Positions 20,721 to 31,551 of a stretch of DNA of 64,000 bases are shown one piece after another. Location of the stretch: positions 608,001-672,000 of the forward strand of contig CAVUQH010000004.1 of assembly GCA_963743525.1 (NCBI GenBank), written 5' to 3'. The notes below the pieces were generated by a model that saw only the letters and a program-made list of their open reading frames with translations, was not told the DNA's origin and did no database searches. Each line of letters begins with the position of its first letter. Within the stretch, counting starts at the first letter, position 1. Origin of the DNA: an uncultured delta proteobacterium (lineage in GTDB: Bacteria > Myxococcota_A > Polyangia > Haliangiales > Haliangiaceae). A program made the translations under genes and the position numbers.

Positions 20721-21521
20721 GTGAGATCTGCCGCGCTCGCCTGGCGCGTCGCGTTGACGCTGGCCGTGATGGCGACGCCCGCACTCGCCCATTTCGCGCC
20801 GTCCCTCGACGCCAACAACCGCTACGTCAAATTGACGCCGATGGGCGACCGGGTGCGGTTGGCCTATACCGTCTACATGGGGGAGCAACCGGGGGCTGAA
20901 GCCCGCTTGCGCCTCGACACCGATCACGACGGCACCATCAGCGATGCCGAGGCCGACGTCTTCGGCAAGGACGTCGCGGCCCAGGTCGCCGGCGCCCTGC
21001 AGATCACCGCCGACGGGCGCAAATGGCCGGTTGTGTGGAAGCAGCGTTACGTGGGCCTGGGTACGCCTACGACTCGTGGCGGTGCTTTCTCGGTCGACCT
21101 GATCGCGTACATCTGCCTGGGACAGGGCACGAAACACAGCCTGCAGCTGTTCGATCACTTCCGGATCCCGCGGCCGGGCGAGACCGAGGTGCGCATCGAA
21201 GAGAGCCCCGGGATACACGTCACCCGGTCAACGCTGGGTCCCGACGGCGAACAAAACATGCTCGACATGAAGTGGGTGGGCGGCGCTGGCCCCGCGGCGA
21301 CCGACGGCATCTACCTCGAATTCACCGCCGATGCGGGCGCGGTATCAGCCGGGGAAGGCTGCCCCGGTGACGCGACCCCCACCGTCGATCGAGGTGCGCC
21401 GACCGCGGCTACCAGCCCCCGAAAGCAGCAGCGCCGCCGCCCCTATGTCATCGTTGCGGGGCTGGCGGCGCTGGTTCTGGTCGGGACCGCGCTGATCATC
21501 GCGCGGCGCCGACGCGGCTAG
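20721..21521 (+). CDS. Secreted, C-terminally anchored protein with EF-hand-like loop (possibly DUF1007-like)
   Basis: Signal peptide ending ALA-H, DTDHDGTISDAE, C-terminal TM followed by RRRRG. Confidence 0.6.
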   Translation: MRSAALAWRVALTLAVMATPALAHFAPSLDANNRYVKLTPMGDRVRLAYTVYMGEQPGAEARLRLDTDHDGTISDAEADVFGKDVAAQVAGALQITADGRKWPVVWKQRYVGLGTPTTRGGAFSVDLIAYICLGQGTKHSLQLFDHFRIPRPGETEVRIEESPGIHVTRSTLGPDGEQNMLDMKWVGGAGPAATDGIYLEFTADAGAVSAGEGCPGDATPTVDRGAPTAATSPRKQQRRRPYVIVAGLAALVLVGTALIIARRRRG

Positions 21522-23428
21522 CGGAACACGAACGGGTAGGTGAAGCTGCCGCCGCCCTGGGTCTTGGTGAAGTGGGCGCGCTTGACCGCACTGGCGACGC
21601 AGCTGCCCAGCGCCGAGCTGGGCGACGACTTCACCTGCACCGACGACACGCTGCCAGAGCCGCCGACCTTGACGTGAACCTTGACGGTGCCCTTGCCCGG
21701 GTTCTTGTCGCCGCAGGACGACACCCGACCGCGCACCGCCGACATGCCCGAGGAGATGTCCGAACGGGTCAGCTTCTCGGGAAGGTTCGAGTTGCTGCTG
21801 CTCGACTTGCTGCTGCTCGAGCTGGACGAGCTGCGCGACTTGCCGCTCGAGCCGCCGCGGTACTTCTTGCAGCAGGGCGGCGGGTTGTCGGCCAGCAGGC
21901 ACGACACCTCGTCGCACTTGCCCGACGACTTGGAGCTGGAGCTCGAGCCGGAGCTGCCCGACCGCGAGCTCGAACGGCTGGACGAGCTGGAGTGCGACGA
22001 GCTGTGACTCGAGCGCGACGAGGACCGGTGTGACGACCGGCTCGACGAGTGCGAGCTGGGCTTCTTCGAGCTGGAGCTGGAGCTCGAGCTGGAGGCAGCC
22101 GCTTTGTCGTCGCTGCCGCCCTTGTCGTCGCTGCTGCCGGCGCTGTCGTCGCTGCCAGCGCTGTCGTCGCTGCCGGCCTTGTCGTCGGCGCCGTTCTTGT
22201 CGTCGGCGCCGGCCTTGTCGTCAGCGCTGCCGGCCTTGGCCGGATCCGGCTTGTCGGCGCCGGTGCCGTCGACCTTCTCGGCCGGGTTGCTGGCGCTGTT
22301 GGCCGCGACGGCGGGCTCCTTCTTGTCGCCACCGCGCAGGACCAGGAAGACCAACACCACCGCCGAAATCAGCAGCGCGGCGATGATGCCGAACAGCGCA
22401 TAGATGACCTTGGAGCTGGCCGGGCCACTCGAGGCCGCCGTCGGCAGCAGCACCGCCGCCGGCTGGTCGAACGAGGTCGACGCGAAGCTGGGCAGATCGT
22501 CGATGCCACCCGTCGCCGGCGCCGCAGCGCCGGCGCCGCCGGGAGCGCTCTTGTCGGCCAGATAGGCGTTGGCCATCGAGCGGATATCGATGAGGCCCGA
22601 GCCTTCGCCGCCGCCCATCTGCGCCATGCCGGCACCGCCCCCGCCGCCGCCACCGCCGCTGGTCGACGGCGCGGGACTGCTGGACGGCGCGCTGGCGGCC
22701 GCCCGATCCGGGCTGGCCAGAGCAGCCAGGTTGTTGAGCGAGAACAGCACCGAGTTCTCGTTGCGCTGACCGCGCAGCCGCGGCTCGTCCTCGCCCTCGG
22801 GCTCGTCGCCGCCACCGAACAGGCTGTCGGCCATCGAGCCCGACGCCGCCGGAGCGCTCACCGACGCCGCACCGAACAGGTCGCCGCCCAGGTCGTCGCC
22901 ACCCGCCGGCTCGCTGGCCGCGGCGGCGAACAGGTCGGCGGGATCGCTGCGCGCGGTGCCGCTGTCATCGATCTCCGGACCGCCGAACATGCCGGCGGCT
23001 GGATCGTCGCTCACTGGCGCCGCAGCCGCGGCAGCCGCGTTGGGCGACTGGGCCAGCCCGGCGAACTCGGGCACCTCGACCAGCGGCAGCCAGTCGGCGA
23101 AGCCTTCCTTCCAGATGTAGCTGTCGGCGTCGATCTCGCCGGCCGAGAACTTCTGCTGAACCTCGGCCGCGCTCAGCGGGCCGACCTGTTCCTGATCGAT
23201 GACCAGGTGCCAGACCGGACCGGCGCCGTCGTCGTACCCGGCGTAGTCGAACACGCGGGTTTCTTTTTCATCGTATCCGGCGGGCGGCGCCTCTTGCGGC
23301 GCGTCGTCCGTGCCGCGCACGACGATGATGTTGCTGCACTTCTTGCAGCGAATCTTGAAAACCTTGCCGGCGACCTTCTCGTCGGCGATGGAGTACTTCG
23401 CGCCACAGGCGTCGCAAACGATCTTCAT
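21518..23428 (-). CDS. GltJ/AgmX-like protein: zinc ribbon, GYF_2 domain, linker, TM, Ser-rich spacer, TonB-C-like domain
   Basis: MKIVCDACGAKY...CKKC; WHLVIDQEQVGP...YIWKEGFADW; C-terminal VGGSGSVSSV...CV...FTYPFVF. Confidence 0.82.
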   Translation of the reverse strand: MKIVCDACGAKYSIADEKVAGKVFKIRCKKCSNIIVVRGTDDAPQEAPPAGYDEKETRVFDYAGYDDGAGPVWHLVIDQEQVGPLSAAEVQQKFSAGEIDADSYIWKEGFADWLPLVEVPEFAGLAQSPNAAAAAAAPVSDDPAAGMFGGPEIDDSGTARSDPADLFAAAASEPAGGDDLGGDLFGAASVSAPAASGSMADSLFGGGDEPEGEDEPRLRGQRNENSVLFSLNNLAALASPDRAAASAPSSSPAPSTSGGGGGGGGAGMAQMGGGEGSGLIDIRSMANAYLADKSAPGGAGAAAPATGGIDDLPSFASTSFDQPAAVLLPTAASSGPASSKVIYALFGIIAALLISAVVLVFLVLRGGDKKEPAVAANSASNPAEKVDGTGADKPDPAKAGSADDKAGADDKNGADDKAGSDDSAGSDDSAGSSDDKGGSDDKAAASSSSSSSSSKKPSSHSSSRSSHRSSSRSSHSSSHSSSSSRSSSRSGSSGSSSSSKSSGKCDEVSCLLADNPPPCCKKYRGGSSGKSRSSSSSSSSKSSSSNSNLPEKLTRSDISSGMSAVRGRVSSCGDKNPGKGTVKVHVKVGGSGSVSSVQVKSSPSSALGSCVASAVKRAHFTKTQGGGSFTYPFVFR

Positions 23429-23589
23429 CGAGATCTCCCTCGGGCCAGCGCTCGTTTTTTGCACCGCGGTCGGTCCGCGGCCTCTCTCGCGGGCTCCCCA
23501 AACGCGGCTTGATTATAAGAAAAAACGAGGAATTGATGCAACTTACCCCCTTTGACCCCGGGGCGTCCACCAGCCTTGGAGAAATCTGA

Positions 23590-24878
<1,289 letters not shown>

Positions 24879-24879
<1 letters not shown>

Positions 24880-26255
24880 CAGGATCTCCTCGATCGGTTG
24901 ACCGGGCGAGCACCGGCGTTTGGGGTGAGCGACAGCGCGGTGGCCAGCGCTCCGGCGTCGCCGCGCAACGCGCGGCGAAGAACGGTGGCTGCGACCTCCA
25001 CGGGTCGCGGCGCCTCGGCCTGGATATCGAACAGCTGCGCCCCGCCGGGGGCGAGCAGCAGCACGCGGGTGAAGCCGACGCCGCCGGCATACGCCAGCAG
25101 CGCGGCGCGAGCCCGGCGCTTGCCCAGGTCGACCGCGGCGCGGTGACCGGCGGCGCGCAGAGCGGCGGCCACGCGGGCGGCGTCGCGCAGGCGATCGGCG
25201 GCGCCGGCGACCACCAGCACGCTGCCGGGACCGTTGGGCGGTTCGACGCCGCCGGCCCACTGCGCCTCGGCCAGCGCCTCGATGTCGACGGCAAACCCGG
25301 TAGCGCGAGCGGCGCGGCCGTAGCGGCCGACCAGCTCGTCGTAGCGACCGCCGCGCAGCACGGCGTCTCCGGCGCCGCGGGCGTAGCCGGCGAAGCGGAT
25401 GCCGGTGTAGTACTCGAAGCCGCGGACCTCGCCGAGGTCGATGGTGATGCTGGCGTGAAGATCGCGGCGGAGGACGTCGCGGGTCATCTCCAGCACCTGC
25501 TCGAGGCTGTCCAGGGCGCGGCGGGCGCTGGCCGGCAAGCGCAGCGCGCGAGCCCGGCGCAGCACCGAGGCGGGGGCGCCGAACAGGGTCGGCAGCGCCT
25601 CGAGCACCTCGCGGACGGCCGGCGACACCTTGCCCGCGCGGGCGGCGGCGGCGGCGGCGGCGCGATCCTTGACCGCCAGCGCCGCGCGCACCTCGTGGCG
25701 CTGCCCCGGATCGGCGACGGCGTCCAGGGCGCGGCGGGCCAGCTCGACGTGGCCGACGTCGAGCCGCACCTCGGCGATGTCGGCAGTGGCCAGGGCGGCA
25801 GCGGCGACCGCGATCGCCTCGGCGTCGCCCTCGGGCGAGCCGGCGTCGATCAGCTCGACCCCGGCCTGCAGGATCTCGCGCTGGCCGCGGGCGCCCGACG
25901 ACAGCCGCGTGACCGCGCCCTCGTAGCAGAAGCGCAGCGGACCGTCGACGTCGTGCATGCGGGTGGCGGCGATGCGCGCGATCTGCGGCGTGATGTCCGG
26001 GCGCAGCGCGACGACCTCGCCGGTGGTCGGCTCGACGAAGCGAATGGCCGCGGCGCGCGCGTCCTCGCCCAGGCCGCGCTCGAGCACCTCGGCGTGCTCG
26101 AACATCGGCGTGATGATGCGCTGGTAGCCGTGGCGCTCGAACTGCTCGAGCAGACGCTCGGCGATGGCGCGGCGGCGGGCGGCGGCACGCGGCAAGAAGT
26201 CGCGGACGCCGGTGGGCAGACGAATGGCTGGAGTTTCGCTGGGCACGTCGATCAC
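24879..26255 (-). CDS. hisZ: ATP phosphoribosyltransferase regulatory subunit
   Basis: LPTGVRDFLP, LRPDITPQIAR, QAGVEL, YYTG, GGRYD; hisZ-purA synteny. Confidence 0.9.
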
Positions 26256-27028
26256 AGGGGTGAGGGAACGTCGACGAAGCTGACGTGGAGAGCGGGGAAC
26301 TTCATGCGCAGCTCGTCGACCAGGCGCTGCGGTCCGAACACTTCGGTGGCGTAGTGACCGGCGGCGACCAGGGTGACCTGCAGCTCGCGCGCCAGCGAGC
26401 CGGCCCGCTCGGCCAGCTCACCGGTGAGGAACAGGTCGCAGCCGGCGGCGACCGCGTCCTCGAGCATGTCGCTGGCGGCGCCACTGCACAGACCGATCTT
26501 GCGCACGGTGTCCGGCCCGTGGGGAAAGATGAACTGCGGCTCGTCGCCGCCGCACACTCCCGAGGTGATGCGGGCGATGGCATCGGCGCGCGACAGCGGC
26601 GCGTGCCACGAGCCCGCCCAGCCGAGGGCGTGCCCGCGGACATCGCCGAACTGTTCGCGCGACGGGCCCAGGCCCAGCGCGTCGCACAGGCCGACGTTGT
26701 TGCCGACCCGCGGGTGGGCGTCGAGCGGCAGGTGGTAGGCGGCCAGCGACACGCCGGCCTCCAGCAGCTGGCGCAGCCGCCGGGCGGTCACGCCGGTCAC
26801 CCGGGGCAGGCCGCCGCCCCAGACCAGGCCGTGGTGGACGACCACCAGGTCGGCGTGGGCGTCGATGGCCCGCTCGAACAGCTCCGCCGACGCCGTCACG
26901 CCGGTGACCACGGTGTCGACTTCCAGCGAGCCCTCCACCTGAAGACCGTTGGTGCCGTAGTCGCGGAACCGATCGATCTCCAACGTGCGGTCGAGAAATG
27001 AAACCACGTCGCGCAGACGGACAGTCAT
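26252..27028 (-). CDS. Nif3-like dinuclear metal-centre hexameric protein
   Basis: NGLQVEG, VHHG, YHLPLDAH, GHYATE. Confidence 0.93.
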   Translation of the reverse strand: MTVRLRDVVSFLDRTLEIDRFRDYGTNGLQVEGSLEVDTVVTGVTASAELFERAIDAHADLVVVHHGLVWGGGLPRVTGVTARRLRQLLEAGVSLAAYHLPLDAHPRVGNNVGLCDALGLGPSREQFGDVRGHALGWAGSWHAPLSRADAIARITSGVCGGDEPQFIFPHGPDTVRKIGLCSGAASDMLEDAVAAGCDLFLTGELAERAGSLARELQVTLVAAGHYATEVFGPQRLVDELRMKFPALHVSFVDVPSPL

Positions 27029-27107
27029 GTGGCTGCTCCGCAGGCCAACCCGACCGGTTTTTGCAGCCCTGCCGCGCCGTGTCAAGGCGCCGCCGGGGGA
27101 AGCCGCC

Positions 27108-28088
27108 TCAGAGGTAGCGCTTGCGCCCGAGGAAGAGGATGAGACCGACCACCAGGGCCAGGGACAGGCCCCAGAATCCGGCGTATCCGTAGTGCCAGCG
27201 CAGCTCCGGCTGGTAGTCGAAGTTCATGCCGTAGACCCCGACCAGGAAGGTCAGGGGCAGGAAGATGACGCTGACGATCGTCAGCCGGCGCATCACCTCG
27301 TTGGTCCGGTGGCCGACCACCGACATGTACAGGTTGACCGAGTTGGCGACGATGTCGCGGGCGACCAGGACATCCTGCAGGACCCGCTCGACCGTGCCGA
27401 CCATGTTGGCCAGGAACGGCTGGGTCGCCTCACTGATGAAGCGCGACTTGCGCGTGGCCAGCTCGGTCAGCACCACCCGCGCCGGCAGCAGCACCTTGCG
27501 AAAGTGCAGGAGGTCGGAGCTGAGCTCGGCGACGTCGCGGAAGATGCGGTCGTCGACGTTGTTGACGAGCGCGATCTCGATCTCCTCGACCCGCTCCTCC
27601 AGCTGGTTCTGCGCGACCACGTAGCTGTCGAGCAGGTGATCCCACATCTCGTAGACCAGGAAGCTGGGGGTGCGCGCGTGGTGGAGGAAGTCGTCGCGGT
27701 ACGAGCGCTTGACCCCGTCGAGGAACGCCACCGGCCCGCGGTGCATGGTCACCAGCAGCTGCTCGCCGACGACCACGTTGACGCGGTCGAGCTCGAGGTC
27801 GCGCCCGCGCATCGAACAGGCGGTCATGACGATGTGCAGGTGACGCGGGTAGCGGGCGTACTGCGTGCCCGCGTCGCCGGACATGGCGTCCTCGAGGACG
27901 TCCTCCTCCATCAGCCCCAGCGGCGCCAGCTGGTCGCGGGCGCGCGTGGTGTCCTGGAGCTCGATGTCGACCCAGACGAAGCGCCCGGCCTCGAGCGAGG
28001 CGGCCACGTCGGTGAGCTCGATGGTGCGCTCCTTCTTCGACTCGAAGTCGAGCTCGACCACCCAGGGTCTGAAGCCGGCGCCGGCCAT
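27108..28088 (-). CDS. corA: CorA-family Mg/Co transporter
   Basis: TNEVMRRLT, FLPLTFLVGVYGMNF, PELRW. Confidence 0.93.
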   Translation of the reverse strand: MAGAGFRPWVVELDFESKKERTIELTDVAASLEAGRFVWVDIELQDTTRARDQLAPLGLMEEDVLEDAMSGDAGTQYARYPRHLHIVMTACSMRGRDLELDRVNVVVGEQLLVTMHRGPVAFLDGVKRSYRDDFLHHARTPSFLVYEMWDHLLDSYVVAQNQLEERVEEIEIALVNNVDDRIFRDVAELSSDLLHFRKVLLPARVVLTELATRKSRFISEATQPFLANMVGTVERVLQDVLVARDIVANSVNLYMSVVGHRTNEVMRRLTIVSVIFLPLTFLVGVYGMNFDYQPELRWHYGYAGFWGLSLALVVGLILFLGRKRYL

Positions 28089-28091
28089 CGA

Positions 28092-28955
28092 TCACATGGC
28101 GTCGGCGGTACCCGCGTCCGGCGTCGGTCCGGCGTCCGGCGCGTTCGGATCGCACTGCGGCGTGGATGCCAGGAACAGCGTCTGCGACCCCAGCTGCCGG
28201 GTCAGGCCGGCGCCCGGGATGATCAGATCGGCCGTGCGCGAGTAGCAGTCGAGGCCGGACTTCTGGCCGCGGATGTCGAGCATGTGCGCCCCCGACGCCG
28301 CGCCGGTGACCGAGAAGGTGACGTCCTTGTCGTAGCAGCCAATGGTCGCGCCGGCGCAGTCGGACTGGTAGTCCGGCGGCGGGCTGGCGGTGCCGTCGTC
28401 GATGGCGAAGGTGGTCGGCACGCAGCTGCCGGTGCCGTCGAGCAGGCGAATCTCGAGCTGGGTCAGGGCGCCGCCGCCGGCGGCGACCGTGTCGCAGTTG
28501 CCTGCGGTGGCCCCGGTGTCGACGCGGAAGCTGAAGTTGCCGCTGGGATCGACGGCGAACACCTGCTCGCCCAGGGCGACGTCCTGATTGGTGACCACCT
28601 CGACTCCCGACATGACGGCGCTGGTCGCCAGGGTGCCCAGGGTCGAGCTGAGGCGCACGGTGACGTCGTAGGTGCCGGGGGTGATGCCGGTGGCGGTGCC
28701 GCTGCCGTCGCCGCAGGTGAACGGCGCGCTCACCGCGAACCCGCCGGCGGTCGGCTGGGCGGTGATCGTCACCGAGCCGGCGGCGACGTCGTCACACGTC
28801 AGATCGTTGCCGCCCATGTCGGTGATGCGCCACGTGAGGCTCATCGTTCCGTTCTTCACTGCCGCGTCGGCCGTGCCGGCGTCGGGAGTGTTGCCGCCAC
28901 CACCACAACCGGTCGCGAGCGCGATGACGAGGAGAATCTTGGTCGAACCGGACAT
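28092..28955 (-). CDS. Hypothetical beta-rich lipoprotein
   Basis: Lipobox LATGC; TPDAGTADA near both termini; several Cys. Confidence 0.75.
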   Translation of the reverse strand: MSGSTKILLVIALATGCGGGGNTPDAGTADAAVKNGTMSLTWRITDMGGNDLTCDDVAAGSVTITAQPTAGGFAVSAPFTCGDGSGTATGITPGTYDVTVRLSSTLGTLATSAVMSGVEVVTNQDVALGEQVFAVDPSGNFSFRVDTGATAGNCDTVAAGGGALTQLEIRLLDGTGSCVPTTFAIDDGTASPPPDYQSDCAGATIGCYDKDVTFSVTGAASGAHMLDIRGQKSGLDCYSRTADLIIPGAGLTRQLGSQTLFLASTPQCDPNAPDAGPTPDAGTADAM

Positions 28956-29091
28956 GCGTCGCTCCTTGCTCCTGGCGAGCGCATGTTACCTCATCCCCGA
29001 CGCGTCGGCGCGCCGGCGGTTCGGCTACACATTTTCGATTGTCCGACCCACCTGCTACTGTGGTAAGCACCAGCTCGAGTTGGGGGAAGCG

Positions 29092-29589
29092 ATGGCAGGA
29101 CACGACCTCGGACTGACTCTGCGCCGCGCGGACGACGATGAAGCCGCCGCGATAGCAGACCTGGTCAACCGCGCGTACCAGGTCGAGGAGTTCTTCGTCG
29201 AAGGCAACCGCACGACGGTCGACGAGATCCGCGAGCTCCAGGAGGGAGGCTACTTCCTGGTTCTCGACTACGTCGACGGGGGCCTGGCCGCCTCGGTCTA
29301 CGTCCAGGTCGACGGCGACCGCGGCTACTTCGGCATGCTTTCGGTTGACCCGGACCTGCAGGGCAGCGGTCTGGGGCGCCGGTTGATCGGCGTGGCCGAG
29401 GCGCTGGCCGAGGCCGCAGGCTGCCGGGCAATGGACCTGCAGGTGGTCAACCTGCGCCGCGAGCTGCCGCCGTGGTACCGCAGCCTCGGCTACCGAGACT
29501 GTGGTACGGCGCCGTTTCCGGTCGAGGCCGATCCCAAGCAGCCGTGCCACTTCATCCGCATGACCAAGACGCTCGGCCATCCGGCCTAG
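29092..29589 (+). CDS. GNAT-family N-acetyltransferase
   Basis: MLSVDPDLQGSGLGRRL acetyl-CoA motif; WYRSLGY. Confidence 0.92.
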   Translation: MAGHDLGLTLRRADDDEAAAIADLVNRAYQVEEFFVEGNRTTVDEIRELQEGGYFLVLDYVDGGLAASVYVQVDGDRGYFGMLSVDPDLQGSGLGRRLIGVAEALAEAAGCRAMDLQVVNLRRELPPWYRSLGYRDCGTAPFPVEADPKQPCHFIRMTKTLGHPA

Positions 29590-29606
29590 AGCGCTGGCAG
29601 GCGGGG

Positions 29607-29726
29607 TCAAGCGGACAGACGCGGGCGGCTCATCCGCTCGGCACGGGCCATGTGCACCATCACGATGACGGTGCCCACGGTGTAGTCCGAGATGAGGCCA
29701 CTCAGGTTCACGATGCGGCGGAACAT
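29607..29726 (-). CDS. Putative 39-aa small protein (MFRRIVNLSGLISDYTVGTVIVMVHMARAERMSRPRLSA)
   Basis: Below the ORF-track cutoff; AAGGTG RBS-like sequence 5 nt upstream; GC-rich third positions. Confidence 0.4.
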   Translation of the reverse strand: MFRRIVNLSGLISDYTVGTVIVMVHMARAERMSRPRLSA

Positions 29727-29806
29727 GGTTTCACCTTGCCAAATGATTGTTTCTGCTGGATGTCGGGGCTGTGAATTGTTGATGGAGCTTCGATGACGAG
29801 AAGGGC

Positions 29807-31192
29807 CTAGGCCCCGGCCGCCGCGTCAGCGAGCGACCGGGACCGAACCTCGGCACGTGTGATTTCGGCGGCCTTCATCCAGTTGCCGCGCCATAGACGC
29901 CACCAGAACAACCCGGCGCCGACGAAGATTTCCAGGCACAGCCCGAGCCAGCCGCCCAGGGCGCCCAGGCCCAGCCTGACCCCGAAGAACCAGGCCAGCG
30001 GTGGCACGCAGACCCAGGCGGTGACGATGCCGATGACCGCCGGGAAGCGGACGTCGCCGGTGCCGCGGAGGATGCCGCGCGCGACCACGTTGGCGCCGTC
30101 GGCGACCTGGAAGATCGCCGCGATGGCCAACAGCGACGCCGTCACCTGCACCAGCTGCGGGTCGTCCAGGGAGGCGGCCAGCGCCCGGGGAGCGATGACG
30201 ACGAACAGCAGCGTGCAGAAGCCGGTGTAGACCGCTGCCAGCAGCAGCGCCCGCACGCCGACGGCGCGCACCAGGTCGTCGCGCTCGGCTCCCACCGCCT
30301 GTCCGGCCAGCACCGAGCCGGCCTCGGCCAGTGCCCAGGCGGGCAGGAACGAGAAGTGGAGCGCCTGGATGGCCAGCTGGTGGGCGGCCATCTGCACCGG
30401 GGTCATGCCGGCGATGATGGCGCTCAGCAGCGAGAACGAGCCGACCTCGAGCAGGAACTGCACGCCGGTGGGCACGCCCACCCGCCAGACCGACGCCACG
30501 TGGGCGCGCACCCGACGGAGCTGGCGCCAGGGCTCGGCGCCGGCCACGTACAGCAGCACGGCGCACTCGAACACCACGCCCGCCACCGTCGCCCACGCCG
30601 CGCCGGCGACACCGCCGTCGAGGAGGATGATGAAAACGTAGTCGAGCAGGATGTTGAGCAGGTTGGCGCTGACCGCCGCGATCATCGGGCTGCGGGCGTC
30701 ACTCAGGCCGTAGCGCGACTCGCGCAGGGCGACGTAGACCAGCAGCACCGGGGCCGACAGGATGCGGATGACCATGTAGTGCGCGGCCAGCGCACCGGTA
30801 TCGGGCGACGACGCCAGCTCGGCGACCAGCGGGCTGACGATCAGCCCGACCGCGGTGGTAACCACGCCCAGTCCGAGGGCGAGCAACAGCCCGGCCGCGG
30901 TGTAGCGACCCGCCTCGGCCTCGTGACCGGCGCCGACCGCCTGCGAAACCAGGATTTTGACCCCGCGAAGCAGGCCCATGGAGAAGCAGAGGAAGGTGAA
31001 GGCGGCCACGCCGCCGAGACCGACGGCGGCCAGCGGTCCGCGACCCAGGCCGGCAACGTAGATGGTGTTGACCAGGGTCATGGCGCTGTACGACAACGCC
31101 GTCACCGCGATCGGCCAGGCCAGGCGTATCAGCTCGGCCATCGGACGCTCGGTCCAGGATAATGAAGGCAATCGATTTTCCGGGGATGACAT
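29807..31192 (-). CDS. MATE-family efflux transporter
   Basis: About 12 TM segments; LIRLAWPIA, VSQAVGA, GILRGTGD. Confidence 0.93.
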   Translation of the reverse strand: MSSPENRLPSLSWTERPMAELIRLAWPIAVTALSYSAMTLVNTIYVAGLGRGPLAAVGLGGVAAFTFLCFSMGLLRGVKILVSQAVGAGHEAEAGRYTAAGLLLALGLGVVTTAVGLIVSPLVAELASSPDTGALAAHYMVIRILSAPVLLVYVALRESRYGLSDARSPMIAAVSANLLNILLDYVFIILLDGGVAGAAWATVAGVVFECAVLLYVAGAEPWRQLRRVRAHVASVWRVGVPTGVQFLLEVGSFSLLSAIIAGMTPVQMAAHQLAIQALHFSFLPAWALAEAGSVLAGQAVGAERDDLVRAVGVRALLLAAVYTGFCTLLFVVIAPRALAASLDDPQLVQVTASLLAIAAIFQVADGANVVARGILRGTGDVRFPAVIGIVTAWVCVPPLAWFFGVRLGLGALGGWLGLCLEIFVGAGLFWWRLWRGNWMKAAEITRAEVRSRSLADAAAGA

Positions 31193-31218
31193 CGGAGGTC
31201 TCCGTCCGCGACGCGGAC

Positions 31219-31368
31219 AAAAAAAAGCGGGCTTCGACGTGTTGTCGAAGCCCGCGGAGAGCGGCGATATGGGTCCTCTTCAGACTAGGAGACGTTCCTC
31301 CGAGGAGCGGCCCGCCGCGGGCTTTGGTGCTCGATCGCGCCGTACTGCGCGACCGACTTCACCGACAT
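31219..31368 (-). promoter_or_regulatory. Putative attenuator in the MATE 5' leader (uORF, antiterminator, terminator)
   Basis: Perfect 12-bp stem 31227-31255 plus U8; competing 10-bp pairing 31315-31324 with 31248-31257; 27-aa uORF 31285-31368. Confidence 0.65.
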
Positions 31369-31551
31369 GAAGACAGCGACGCGCGGGGCGCGGAGCTTGC
31401 AAATGTCGGTGCACGGGCGGGTCATGAAACGTTCCTGATGAAAAATTCCGGTCTCTCTATCCAGGTGCCATGCGGTGCGCGAGGAGTCAACGACGAACCT
31501 CGGACCGTTACAAAAAATTACGAGTCGTAGATCCAACCGCCGAGCACGCGC

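Noticed and set aside
21790..22240. GAGCTG-type and 18-bp tandem repeats
   Set aside because: In-frame low-complexity linker of the GltJ-like protein, not an independent element
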